Below are positions 1 through 12,810 of a DNA stretch of 64,000 bases, piece after piece. A model generated the notes under the pieces. That model ran no database searches, had not been told where the DNA came from, and saw only the letters and a program-made list of their open reading frames with translations. How positions within the stretch are numbered: position 1 is the stretch's first letter; each line of letters begins with the position of its first letter. Both the position numbers and the translations under genes were made by a program. Source of the stretch: the human T2T-CHM13v2.0 reference genome, Homo sapiens; the NCBI RefSeq assembly GCF_009914755.1, contig NC_060941.1. One strand, given 5' to 3'.

Positions 1-1014
1 AAGGAGATGGTGCACCTTGTGGCGAAGCAGACAGGTGGCAAACAGGTGCTGTGGCCATGAGTTGATGCTGGGCTTAGGGCAGAGTCGCCTCCTATCCCCA
101 GCTCCATTTCTCTCCCGCAAGACCCCTAAGGCAGAGTCCTGGTGAGCAGAGCTGGGCCAGGCAGGGAGCCCTGAGGCCTTTGGGGCCTAGAGTTGGGGGC
201 GTGGGAAGTGAAGGCCCTTAGGGAAGTGGCCGAAGCAGCAGGAAGCCCCTGCCAGCTCCCCCGACTCCTCCCCACCCACTACCCGCTCAGATAAGGTTCT
301 GGCATTCCCCGTGGAGTCCCCCAGGCCCTCCCTAAATATCCAAAGAAGCCCGTTGGATGAAGAGTAGACTCTAGCAAGTGGGCGTGTTTGCCTCTTCTCT
401 CGGCACCTACAGGCATGGGGGATATGTCTGGATGTGCTTTGTGGCAATGCACAACTGGTCAGTGGGAAGGGACCCGGGCGGAGGGGCTCATCTTGGGAAG
501 TCATCCTATCCATCCCCTGCCCCTATGCCAGTCATTGCCCACATCGGGCAGGGCTGCCCCTCCTAGTTTTCCTAATCCCTGAAGGAGAAAATCTGGTCAG
601 TTTCCTCACAATCATGAAGTCCTTCCTGGAGCCTCTCTGAAGTCTTTACTGCTGCAGGGTCCAGCTCTGCTTGCCCGGTAGCCTTCTTCCTCCCGCACTG
701 AGGAACACTAGTTCCTCGGATCCGAGGGCGGCGTTGCACTGCAGTCCTGTCCCCACCGGGCTTGGCTCAGAACCTTTTACCATCTTGCTCATTCCCTGAC
801 CACAAGACACAGGCAGTACAAGGGCACCCCGAGTGGATGGGGGAAGGGGCAGGGCCTCCTATCCTGGTCCCTTTCTCTTGTGGCTCTGTGAGGGGTCCAG
901 GGTGAGCCAGGCAGGGACAGAGCCAGGCTGAGTCCTGGAGAGGGGCAGACGGGGTGAGGGCTGCCCCAGGTTGGGGATCCTCAAAGGCGAAGGAGCCACA
1001 GGGAGAGGCGCATG

Positions 1015-1125
1015 TCCTCCCGGCTCCCCGCCCAGCCCCGCCCCGCCCGCGCTGCCTGTGCGAGCTCAGCTCCCGGCTCCAGGGCCTGCCGAGGCACGCT
1101 GCACCCCCAGGCCCGGCGCCTCACT
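1015..1125. promoter_or_regulatory. Small CpG/GC-box cluster (possible enhancer or promoter-like element)
   Basis: CCCCGCCC repeated with local CpG enrichment. Confidence 0.3.
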
Positions 1126-3282
1126 CACTCCCAGAGCCAGAAACCTGTTCTCCCGGGAATGCCAGGGAGTTCTCAGAGGACTTTATTTCCCAGGGGCTCA
1201 GGGAGCCCCAGAATCTTCTGGACCAGTGGGTCCTGGGAAACTAGAGAAAAATTAGGGGGCTTAGGACCCCTCCCTGCTCCCCAGCTTTGTCTCATCCACG
1301 CACTGACGCCACATTGCCTCCAACCAACAGCCGTCTTCACCGTGAGAAGGCTTCATCGCGAGAAGGCTTAGGAAAGTTAAAGACAAGGGGGAAAGCCCAC
1401 TGGTGACATGCACCTTCTGTCATGTGCCATCCGTTGCCTCAGGGAAAGCCTTCCTTTCCCCCCATCCCCCAGACAGTCCCATCTGGCCTCTAAGAAAGCA
1501 ACATATCGCCTCTTTCCTTGGACTCTTCACCTTCTCTAGCTAGGAAGTCCTTCCTGATGTCTAACCTCTCCCTTTCTGGCTTGAGTTGACACCTGGTCTT
1601 CATGGACCAGCAGAACCCCCATTGCCTGCACAGGGCCCAGGCACATAGGCAGAGACTGTTCTAAGTCACAATGAAATGCCCTGGTTGCTTGGGCGCTGGC
1701 AGGGACAGAAAGGCCCCACTCTCGCTGCGCCTCTTATTCTCTCTGACTCCACATTCTGACGAAGTTGCGGTCCACTTCTGCCTGCCTCCCCATCTGCCCA
1801 TAACAAAAGGATGGAGGGGACCGAGGTCCTGCAGGTATGCCCTCCCCTCTGTCCTTCCAAATCACAGCCTGCCATCCCTGCTGTGGCTGGCAGAGGGGAG
1901 TTCAGGAAACCAGGATTGGCTTCTGCAGCAGGAGTGACTGACAGAGTTCAGAGAAAGTTCTCAGCATTTTAGGTTGAGTTTGACTGGACTATGTGACCAC
2001 AGGAGGTGGTTTCCTGAGTGGAGAGGCAACCATTGATCTGGGGTGGGTGGGGTTGGGCTGGCAACATGCCCAGGAGCTGGGGAAGGATGAGAGGACCTCC
2101 AGGAGCTGGGGAAAGACAAGATGACCTCTGGGAGAGGGCCTCCCAGAAGCACGAACCACATGGTTCCAGAATACATTGGGTCTTTCCAGCTTATTCATCT
2201 CCATCCCCTGCCCCTCCCTCCCTCTCTGTGCCCAACTCCAACCTCATCCCTGACCCTTCCACCCGTCTCTGTCTCTTTCCCCATCATAACCTATCTCCAT
2301 TCCCACCTTCAATCCCGCCCAGCCCCCTTCCTACTCATCCCCGTCCCCAAACTTGCCTCCATCACCACCACCCCATCCTGCTCCTTCCTCCTTACCTCAT
2401 CTCCTCACTCCCACCTCCAACCACACTCCTATCCCCATCTCCACCTCCTGCTCCATTCCTCAGGATGGATCTCCTCCTATGTCACAGGTTCCCTTGGAGT
2501 CTAACACCCCTCACCAGCATCCCCGCCAGGTTCTGGGGTGTCCCCCAGGTTGTCTGAGCATTGAGGAAAAGCCCAGAGCCATGCCAATAGACAAAACGAG
2601 CAGGACAAGATCATCCCTGGAGCAGCCCTTAGCTTCCTCATCCTATCTGGGCCGTAAAGGCTGGATGCTCACCAAACAGTAAAAATGAGTTCAGATGCAA
2701 CAAGACAAGTGGAGGGCTGGCGCCCAGACAGACCTCCACACTGCGGGCATGTGGCAGTGAAGCGGGGATGGAGAGACACCCTCATAGAGCCCCAAAGCGG
2801 GGCCGGGGCAGGCTTTCTCAGGGGGCTGGGAGCGTAACTGATCCTATCAGGCATGGCGGGCCAAGGAAGAGGGGGCATGGAAGCAGGAGCAGGGATTTTT
2901 AGGGTTGATTAGGAGTGCGCATCCCCGGGTCTCTACCCTGCCTGTGGCCCTTGCTTAGTCAGCTCAGATTAATGGGGCCAGGGAGAGAATTCGCTGAATC
3001 GTGATCTCTTGGGGAACTTGACTGGAGAGCCAGCTGTGAGTCATGGAGAAAAGGGAACCTGTGCTCTCACAGCTACTCTAGAAGCTTCCAGGGGTAGGCA
3101 ACCCTCCAGATCCTCCCATCCCCTTCCAGAATGCAACAGAAAGCCCACTGCAAGGTCTGACCCTCGCCCTCCACCCCATGCTCACAGGAGGATGCACTGT
3201 CAGTCAGCTCCAAATCCTGCCCTCATACACCCTCCGGGGCCTTCAGGGCTCCCCCCACTGCCTCTGACAAACTACAGCACAG

Positions 3283-3592
3283 AGACACACATACACACAG
3301 AGACACACACACACAGAGACACACACCCAGACACATGCACAGAGATACATACATGCACACACGCATACATATATACATACAGAGAGACACACACAGAGAC
3401 ACACACAGACACACGCGCACGCACACACACAGAATGAGAATGGGGTGCATCCCTGGAACCAGATTGCCTGGAGACAGTTGGAGGTCCCACTTACACTTGT
3501 AAATTCCATAGCCATGTCCCGGACTGCACCAGCCCATCAGTCTCGGAAGGCATAGAATGTACATGAGGAAGGACACACACACACACGCACAC

Positions 3593-3630
<38 letters not shown>
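3283..3630. repeat. Two (CA)n-rich microsatellite tracts (3283-3431 imperfect, 3574-3630)
   Basis: Visible dinucleotide repeats. Confidence 0.9.
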
Positions 3631-3632
<2 letters not shown>

Positions 3633-5517
3633 CGCTGTGATCAGAAAACCCAATTATCAGACTCTGCACTTAGCACCCCTCCTCCACGCAGGCCCAGAGT
3701 GACCACAGCAGTCTTCACTGTCAGTGGGGGCAGTGTCCCCAGCTTCCTCTGGAGAGGGTTCCTGGAGCCCACGTTGGGCACCAAGAGCATGTGGCTTCAT
3801 AGAGGTGGCTCTGCTTCTCTGTGCCTTCCCGCAAGCGTGGTCAATCTGCCTAAAGTGGGAAGGGTTTTGGAGAAAAAATTATTTGGGGTGGCAATGCCAA
3901 ATCCAGTATGATCTGAGGGTGGTCAAGGGAGAAAGATGGCAGCTGGAGCCAAGGAGCTGGATGGGCTCAGGAAAATGCCCCCAGAGCCTGCCCCTTCTCC
4001 AGGGACATGATTAGGTGCTGAGAGCTGCTTCCCATAGCCCCAGCACCTGGAGGAAGGAGCAGCGCACAGATGCCTGCATAGCAGGGAACAATCTCTCCCA
4101 CTGGTGGGACCTCGGTTTCCCCATCTGTCAGATAAAGAGGGGCTTGGGTGGGAGGGCCTCCCAGTGCACTTCTCACTTCAAGGCTTAGTAAGTTCAAGGA
4201 GATAACCACCTGCCCATCCCCTGTGCAAGATGGCATTGGGAGAGGAGGTGCACCAGTATGTATTTGCCTTGTACTAAATCTGTATTATTAGTAGTGGTGG
4301 CAGAATTAATATCCTTAATAATAGATTGGTATTAATGAGCAGTTCTGATAATGATATGTACAGAATGTGAGAGGCCCCTGGCCCAACGGACAGTGGGATC
4401 CTGGGCCATTTCTTTGCCCCCACTCAGGTGGACAGGCAAAGAGCGAGCGCACCAGCAGGACGAGGGCCCTCTTGACCATCCCCCTGGGGCACACCCCTAG
4501 GAAGGGCAGATGTTTGAAGGTAAAAAGATCTCACTCAGCCCCATCCCACTCCTGAAATCCTACAGGCCTGGGACCCCAGGGGAGGAGGCAGGGGCACCAG
4601 ACAAGCTGGTGCTGGTTTAACTTCTGAGGATTTTGACATTCTGGTTCTCACTCGGTCCCCAGGACAGCCAGATGAGGTATGTAGGGCAAAGATGAGGACT
4701 CCATTTTATAAAGGAGGGAACAAGGTTTATTCTCATGACTAGCCCACACCGAGAGCAGAGCTGGGAAAGGACCCTCCTGCAGTCCTTGGTCGGGAGGACT
4801 CACTGTGAGGGAAAAGGGGGATTCTGTAGGGAAGCCAGGATCTGGGCTCAGTGAAGGCGTCCAGAGATTATAACGCCAGGTTACGGGGGAGGTGAGACCA
4901 AGCTCCAACATCCCTGTTGGTCTCACAGATCAAATCCTCTGCTGCCAATCACTGCCACAGCCCAACAACTCCAAAGCCAATTACCTACACAGCCCACAGG
5001 AGGCTGGGGGTGGGACCATCGGGCTCAGCCCTGGGTGACTTCATTACAGGGGTAGGACTTCCGGGCCACAGGGACCCAGAGCTAATGAGTGCTTAGAGGT
5101 CAGCCACTTCATCCCATACCCCAGCCCATTTCTCCATCCCCTTCAGCCAGTGTAGCTGGAGGAAGCTTGTTGAGGAGGGATGAAGGCAAGGCTTCACAAT
5201 CTGTGCAAAAGCCTCCTGGTCCTTCACTCATGCCCCACCTCATCAGCCATTCTTTGGCCCTTATCACAGCTGGGCAGACTGAGGATTTCAGGGAACTTTC
5301 TTCTCTAGAAACCAATGTCTAAGGCCTCAGATCACTGCTTTCTGAACACTGCCCCCTGGAAGGATCAAGCAGGCAACAAGTTCCTCCTTCTCAAAAGTCC
5401 AGCTTTCCAGTCAAGCCCTGAGTGGTTCTAGGCCACCTTGTCCACCTCCAAGTCCTAGGTCAGGCCAGTTCTCACCATCAGACTCAGCCATGGCTTCAAA
5501 AAATCCCTGGGAATAGG

Positions 5518-5621
5518 TGAGCACCGTGGCATGCACTTTTAGTCTCATATACTCCAGAGGCTGAGGCGAGAGCCTAGGAGTTTGAGACCAGCCTGGGCAA
5601 CAAAGCAAGACCCCATCTCTA
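5518..5621 (+). mobile_element. FLAM/old Alu left-monomer fragment
   Basis: GAGGCTGAGG...GGAGTTTGAGACCAGCCTGGGCAACA...ACCCCATCTCT. Confidence 0.7.
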
Positions 5622-5921
5622 GAACCTGGGGAAGGTGGAGGTGGGAGAACCTTCTCCTTAAACTGCCTGTCCAAGGGGGTTTTATGTTTTTGGAACTGGG
5701 AATTCCCCTCCCCCACTAACCTTGGCGGGGCAAGCTTGCTGACCTTGCTTCTGGGAGCAAGATGTTGGGGTAGGCTCCCAGCCTCAGAGCCTGGACTCCA
5801 GAGTAGCCAGGGAGGCAGGAGGGTGGAGGAGGCAGACCATGAATGACACCCACAAGTAAGAGCAAAAGATCCCTGGAGGCCGAGGATGCTTAGGTGGGAG
5901 GTCTCTGTCAAGGAGCATCTA

Positions 5922-6329
<408 letters not shown>

Positions 6330-6337
6330 TCAAGGAC

Positions 6338-6558
6338 ATCCATCCATCTATCCCACTAAATATTCATCCTTTACACTACAGATACTCACAGAAATAAAAA
6401 TACTTAAAATAAAAAAATAAAACATTCATCTATCTGTCTGTTGATTTGTCCATCTGTCCAGCTTTCCATCCATCAATCTCTCCATCCGATGATCTGTCCA
6501 TTCATCCAACTGTTCATCTTTACATACATAAATACATCTATCTATCCACCCATCCATT
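6338..6558. repeat. Degenerate (CCAT/TCTA)n low-complexity tract
   Basis: Repeated CATC/CATCC motifs. Confidence 0.6.
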
Positions 6559-6619
6559 CAGAGAGGTCAGGCTCTAGTTGGCCTCCCCAGGGCTGCTAGG
6601 AAGGGCCTGTGGTCCTGTG

Positions 6620-6803
6620 GCATTTATGGGGCATGTGACCTGCCTGCCTGGCCTGGGGAGACAGCCCCGCCTCAGCCCTCGGGCAGGGGGCCGGTCCAGG
6701 CATGTGGGAGTATTTATACCTCGATGGAGGCTCCTGGGGAGCTGCAGGCTGAATGACTCCCCGAAGCGGTGATGGTGGCCATGACCCAGAGCCCACTGTG
6801 AGT
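6620..6803 (+). promoter_or_regulatory. Candidate alternative FOXN1 promoter and non-coding first exon
   Basis: TATTTATA 6711-6718, GC box ~6665, p63-like CATG half-sites, donor GTGAGT 6798-6803. Confidence 0.4.
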
Positions 6804-7954
6804 GCTTGGATTTGGCTCCTTTGGGGCCATGGCTGGGTGGCAGAGGTTAGAGAGGGGCTGGAGAGACGGGAAGGTGCCCAGAGGCAGCCAGGGATGGCGA
6901 AAAGGAAGGGGTGCTGGGCAAAGGAGAGTGGGAGACTGGTTGCTGTTGGAGTCAGGCATCTGAAGCAAAGCTGGGACCCTCCCTGCAGAAGGGATGAGTC
7001 TATTGCCCTTAAAGAGGCTCTGGTGGGTGGCTTGGTGAATGGCAGGAAGGACAGGACAAGAGGACTAAGATTACAATAAATAGGGATTAGAGATCTGGAA
7101 GAACCTCCAGGTCGGCCCAAGGCTCAAGTGCTTTTCCAGGATGGGCGTACTAGGCAATGCTCTGGGACCAGCCTGCTTCCAGAGGCACATGGGAATGCTG
7201 AAGAGTCTTTAGGAGAAGCCTGATTTGGGGACTGGAATGACTCAGCTGCAGGTGTCGGTGGCTCACATGGAGGAAAGCGTCACCTGGGGGACATGGTGGC
7301 TTTTCATCCTTTGTTCTCCCCACTCCCCTCCCTGCCCATTCTGTCCCTACCTGCTCTGTACTTGAGTCAGATCTCAAGGCAGGGGCACGCAACCCATTTT
7401 CCGAAACTGATGCTGGGTTAAGAGCCAGGGAGGCCAGAATTTTGCCCTCAGAACTTCCAACATTGATGGGGAGAAAGGAGCTAGAAACCCCCTCTTTCTT
7501 GGCATTCCCAGACCCCGAGTTTCCTTGGGTGCCCAAGCCTCAGGCAGAGCCCCCAGGTCCTTCCCTGCCACCCCCATAATTGCCAAGCTGCTCCAGGGGA
7601 CCCCTCCCAGCAGCCTGTCGGGTGGAGCCCTGGGTGGGGCTACAGGCCAGCACCCGGCCGGCCGAGCCCCACCCCTCGTAAAACATGCTGCCGCAGCCAG
7701 CAACAGAAACCATTAAGGTGGAACTGAGCCGTCCCCACCTCACTCATAAAGAGTGGGTAGGAGGCCGCCAGGTGGGAGGCAGCAGGGAGCGTGAAGAGAG
7801 CCTGGGGAGGACCCTTGGTGCCCCAGGCCTGTCTGTCCCTGTGATTCAGTTGCCCACAGGGGAGGCAGGGACAGACCCTCCCAAGGAAACCTCCAACGTC
7901 GCCCCCACCCACCTTTCAGGCTTGAGCAGGGAGGCTGAGGCGTTACCAAGGTGG

Positions 7955-8125
7955 GGCCGTGTAGCGTAATGGTTCAGCATGCTGGCTTTGAAGCCCGGGT
8001 TGGAATCCTGGGGAGCATAATATACTAGCTGAGTGAACTTGGGCAAGTCAGGTTAACTTCTCTGAGTCTCAGTTTCCTCATCTATAAAATGGGATGATAA
8101 TACAGCTCCTCCTTCCTGGGGTGTA
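7955..8125 (+). mobile_element. MIR
   Basis: Core GGGCAAGTCA...CTCTGAGTCTCAGTTTCCTCATCTATAAAATGGG. Confidence 0.8.
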
Positions 8126-8228
8126 AAAACTCAGCCAAGTCTTCCTGATCTCCTTGAGGATGTCCTCAGGGGCGCCCCACATAAAGGCAGAGGAGGGGTG
8201 AGGTCCCTGCTGACAGCTCTGTGGGCCA

Positions 8229-10864
8229 GATACACCTTTACAGGGTACATATCTCCACAGGGTACACACCTCTATGAGGTACACACCTCCACAGGGTACA
8301 CACTTCCACAGGGTACACACCTCCAAAGAGTACAGAGTACATACCTCCACAGGGTACACACCTCCACAGAGTACACCCCTTCATAGGTGTACACATCTCC
8401 ACAGGGTACACCCTCCACAGGTGTGCACATTTCCAAAGGTGTATACACTTCCACAGGTGAACATACCTCCACAGGTGAACACACTTCCACAGGGTACATA
8501 CTTCCATAGGTGAACATACTTCCACAAGTGTACACCCCTTCACAGAGGTACACCCCTCCATGTGGTACATGCTTCTACAGGGTACACACTTCCACAGATG
8601 AACATACCTCCACAGGCTACACATCTCCACAGGTGTACACCCCTCCAAAAGTATAGACTTCCACAGGTGTACACACCTCCACAGGGTATACAGTTCCATT
8701 GGTGAATATACCTCCACAGGTGTACACTCCTCAACAGGTATACACCCCTCCACAAGTATACACACTTTCACAGGAGTACACCCCTCCACAGTGTACATAC
8801 CTCCAAAGGTGAACACCATTCCCCAGGTGTATACACCTCCACAGATATACATACCTTCACAGGCGTACACACCTCCACAGGGTACACACTTCCACAGGTG
8901 AACATATCTCTACAGTGTCCATACCTTCACAGGGTACACATTTCCACAGGTATACCCTCCTCAACAGGTGTACACCCCTCCACAAGTATACACATTTCCA
9001 CAGGGGTACACACCTCCAGAGGATCCATACTTCCACAGGGTATACAACTCCACAGGATCCATAACTCCACAGGATACACACCTCCACAGGATCCATACCT
9101 CCACAGGGTACACATCTCCACAGGGTACACACCTCCACAGGATCCTTACCTCCACAGGGTACACATCTCCACAGGATCCATACCTCCACAGGGTACACAC
9201 CTCCACAGGGTACACACCTCCACAGGATCCATAGCTCCAAAGGGTACACATCTCCAGAGGATACACATCTCCACAGAATCCATACCTCCACAGGGTACAC
9301 ACCTCTACAGGGTACACACTGCCACAGGATCCACACCTCCACAAGGTACACACCTCCACAGGTTACACACCTCCACAGGATCCATACCTCCATAGGGTAC
9401 ACACCTCCACAGGATCCATACCATCACGGGGTACATGCCTCCACAGAGTACATACCTCCACAGGATCCACACCTCCACAGGGTACACACTTCCACAGAGT
9501 ACACACCTCCACAGGATCCATACCGCCACAGAGTACACACCTCCACAGGGTACACACCTCCGCAGGATACACACCTCCACAGGGTACACACCTCCACAGG
9601 ATCCATACCTCCATAGGGTACACACCTCCGCAGGATCCATACCTCCACAGGGTACACACCTCCACTGGGTACACACCTCCACAGGATCCATACCATCACG
9701 GGGTACACGCCTCCACAGAATACATACCTCCACAGGATCCACACCTCCACAGGGTACACACTTCCACAGGGTACACACCTCCACAGGATCCATACCTCAA
9801 AAGGGTACACATCTCCACAGGGTACACACCTCCACAGGATCCACACCTCCACAGGGTACACACCTCCACAGGATACACACCTCCACAGGGTACACACCTC
9901 CACTGGGTACACACCTCCACAGGATCCATACCTCCACAGGGACACACCTCCACAGGGTACACACCTCCACAGGGTACATGCCTCCACAAGATACACACCT
10001 CCACAGGGACACACCTCCACAGGGTACAGGGTACACACCTCCACAGGGCAGACACCTCCACAGGATCCATAGTTCCATAGGGTACACACCTCCACAGGAT
10101 CCATACCTCCACAGGGTACACACCTCCACAGGGTACACACCTCCATAGGGTACACACCTCCATAGGGTACTCAACTCCACAGGGTACACACCTCCACAGG
10201 GTACATACCTCCACAGGGTACATGCCTGCACAGGGTACACACCTCCACAGGATCCATACCTCCACAGGGTACACACCTCCACAGGATCCATACCTCCACA
10301 GGGTACACACCTCCACAGGGTACAGACCTCCATAGGGTACACACCTCCACAGGGTACATGCCTGCACTGGGTACACACCTCCACAGGATCCATACCTCCA
10401 CAGGGTACACACCTCCACAGGATACACACCTCCACAGGGTACACACCTCCACAGGATACACACCTCCACAGGATCCATACCTCCACAGGGTACACACCTC
10501 CACAGGATCCATACCTCCACAGGGTACACACCTCCACAGGGTACAGACCTCCATAGGGTACACACCTCCACAGGGTACATGCCTCCACTGGGTACACACC
10601 TCCACAGGATCCATACCTCCACAGGGTACACACCTCCACAGGATACACACCTCCACAGGGTACACACCTCCACAGGATACACACCTCCACAGGATCCATA
10701 CCTCCACAGGGTACACACCTCCACAGGGTACACACCTCCATAGGGTACACACCTCCACATGGTACACACCTTCATAGGATCCATACCTCCATAGGGTACA
10801 CACATCCACAGGGTACACACCTCCGCAGGGTACACTCCTCCACCAGGTACACACCTCCACAGGA
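8229..10864. repeat. Minisatellite/VNTR, 17-bp unit CCACAGGGTACACACCT with variant CCACAGGATCCATACCT, about 150 units
   Basis: Direct inspection; degenerate 17/18-mers in the 5' part, homogeneous 17-mers in the 3' part. Confidence 0.97.
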
Positions 10865-11519
10865 TTAGCCTCAGCATCTTTAGATGCAAATGGTCCCAGG
10901 GCCTCGTTTGACTTATAGAGGAACTGAAGTACAGAAAGGGGAAGTGAGTTATCCAACATCACACAGCCAGCACAATGTCTCCTGGCTTCCACTCCTAAAC
11001 GGCCCCCTCTGCCTGAGTCCTAAGGAGCCAAGAGAAGGCTCTCTGAGAGGTGGGGAGATGTTGATGGGTAGAGCGGGCGCAGGCCGGCTGTTTGTGAGAA
11101 GGGCACAGAGCAGGAATGCAGTAATGATGACTGTTGATCCTTGATGATTATTGATCCTGTTGTCAGCCTTTCTGGGAAATTTCTCACTCGTCATCCCCTC
11201 TACTCAAGTCAAAGGGCCGTTTCTTTCTTCTCTCTGATGCCAGGGCAGATCAAGTCCACCTCTTCCATCCCCGCTCCCCAAGGATCATGGCAGGCGGAAG
11301 GTGGCCAGAATGCCCAGACGCTGAAAAGGTCTTTGGTCAAGGTTTTGCCAGGGGTGCCCTCCTGGAGAGTGAGCATCTGGCGGTATGGTCATGGCTCTCA
11401 AGAACTGAGAGTCAGATGTGGTTTTCAGTCAGCTGTGTAACCCTGCGCAGGTCATTTCTTCTCTCTGGGCCTCAATTTTCTCCCCTAAAAAAATGGGCTT
11501 GATGACCTTGCTCCCCTGA

Positions 11520-11732
11520 CAGTGGTGTGTTGGTAAATGTTCACCAGTCAGCTTTCAAAAGTAAATAAATCATAATGTTTAAAAAGGCTCTGATTTGTAG
11601 GATTTGCTAATTTCCATGGGCAAATACTCCCACTGTGGCTGATCTCCACCAATTTCACTGGATATGGAGTTGGGAAGAAATGGGCACAATTGGCTCTCAT
11701 GAGCCCTTGCCAACTGGCTCTGCACACCATTG
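11520..11732 (-). mobile_element. hAT-type MITE, MER63-like
   Basis: Terminal inverted repeats CAGTGGTGTG ... CACACCATTG; internal similarity to MER63 from memory. Confidence 0.65.
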
Positions 11733-11793
11733 CCCCCTACCCTCTGGGGCAAAGGGAGGATAACATGAGACAAGAGATACAAAAGTGCAGAGG

Positions 11794-11952
11794 GGCTGGG
11801 CGCGGTGGTGCACACCTGTAATCTCAGCACTTTGGGAGGCTAAGGCGGGAGGATCAGTTGAGCCCAGGAGGTCGAGGCTGCAGTGAGTGATGATTGTGCC
11901 ACTGCACTCCAGCCTGGGCGACAGCAAGACCTTGTCTCAAAAAAAAAAAAAA
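11794..11952 (+). mobile_element. Monomeric Alu with TSD AAAAGTGCAGAGG
   Basis: Single ~145-nt arm, poly(A), identical flanking direct repeat. Confidence 0.9.
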
Positions 11953-12594
11953 GTGCAGAGGAAACTTCAGAGTGCACTGCAGATGTGGAACTGCGGCAAA
12001 GGGACCCCAGGGCACAGTCTGCCAGTGAGAGCCTCAGCCTCTAGTCCAGGAAGCAGGTGGTTGTGGGTTGTGGGTACCCATATTGAGGGGCAGTTCATGA
12101 GAGTGATCTGGAGGAGCTCCCGGAATCTGAGAAGGCAGGAGAGCTGACTGGGCCTCCTGTGCTGGTATTTGCTGATACTTGCACACACATCCCATCCAGT
12201 TCCAGTGCTCCCTGAAACTGGAACAGGCAGGATAAAGGTTGGACCTCTATGAAAGATCCCTTCTGAATGCAGATGTCAGCCCCAGGACACTGGGGCCAGC
12301 AGAGAGACCTCCCGAGAGATCCAAAACAACAGAGTCAACCCCCCTCCTCTCCACATAAGTCCCAGAAGTTTCTACAGACACTAGCTCTACCACATGGGAA
12401 AGGCGGAAATGACCTCTGAGGCCAGAGAGTCAGGAAGAGGGAAGTTTAGCCTCTGCCAATGGGAGAGGACAATGTCAAGGACCTGGAGGTAGAAGGTAGG
12501 AGAAGGCAGGAAAGGGGAGTTCCCTTCCTGATGCTCCCGATCCCCCCACCCCCATAACTCAGGCCTTAAACAAACTCTGTCCCACTGCTAATTA

Positions 12595-12810
12595 TTAATA
12601 ATAGCTATCATTTATTGAGCATGTACTATGTGTTAAGCTATTTACAAGCAATATTTTATTAATCCTCCAGAGAGGTAAGTATTTATTAGTCCTATTTTAC
12701 AGATGAGGAAACTGAGGCATGGGGAAGGAAGTTAAGCATCATGCCCAACCAAAGTCCCACAGTTCCTGCGATTCAAATCCAGCCCTGACTCCAGGTCGTC
12801 CAGCTTCAGG
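12595..12810 (-). mobile_element. MIR
   Basis: ATTTATTGAGC...TTTTACAGATGAGGAAACTGAGGC core. Confidence 0.8.

Noticed and set aside
2190-2470. Pyrimidine-rich tract with Pro/Ser-rich ORFs
   Set aside because: Low-complexity sequence with no clear mirror repeat or exon signature.
3009-3669. His/Thr- and Cys/Val-rich ORFs
   Set aside because: Translations of (CA)n tracts.
8229-10864. Array as CRISPR-like, or as a real keratin-associated-protein gene
   Set aside because: There are no unique spacers and the context is eukaryotic. The unit is not a multiple of 3, so ORFs appear in many frames on both strands, typical of a minisatellite.
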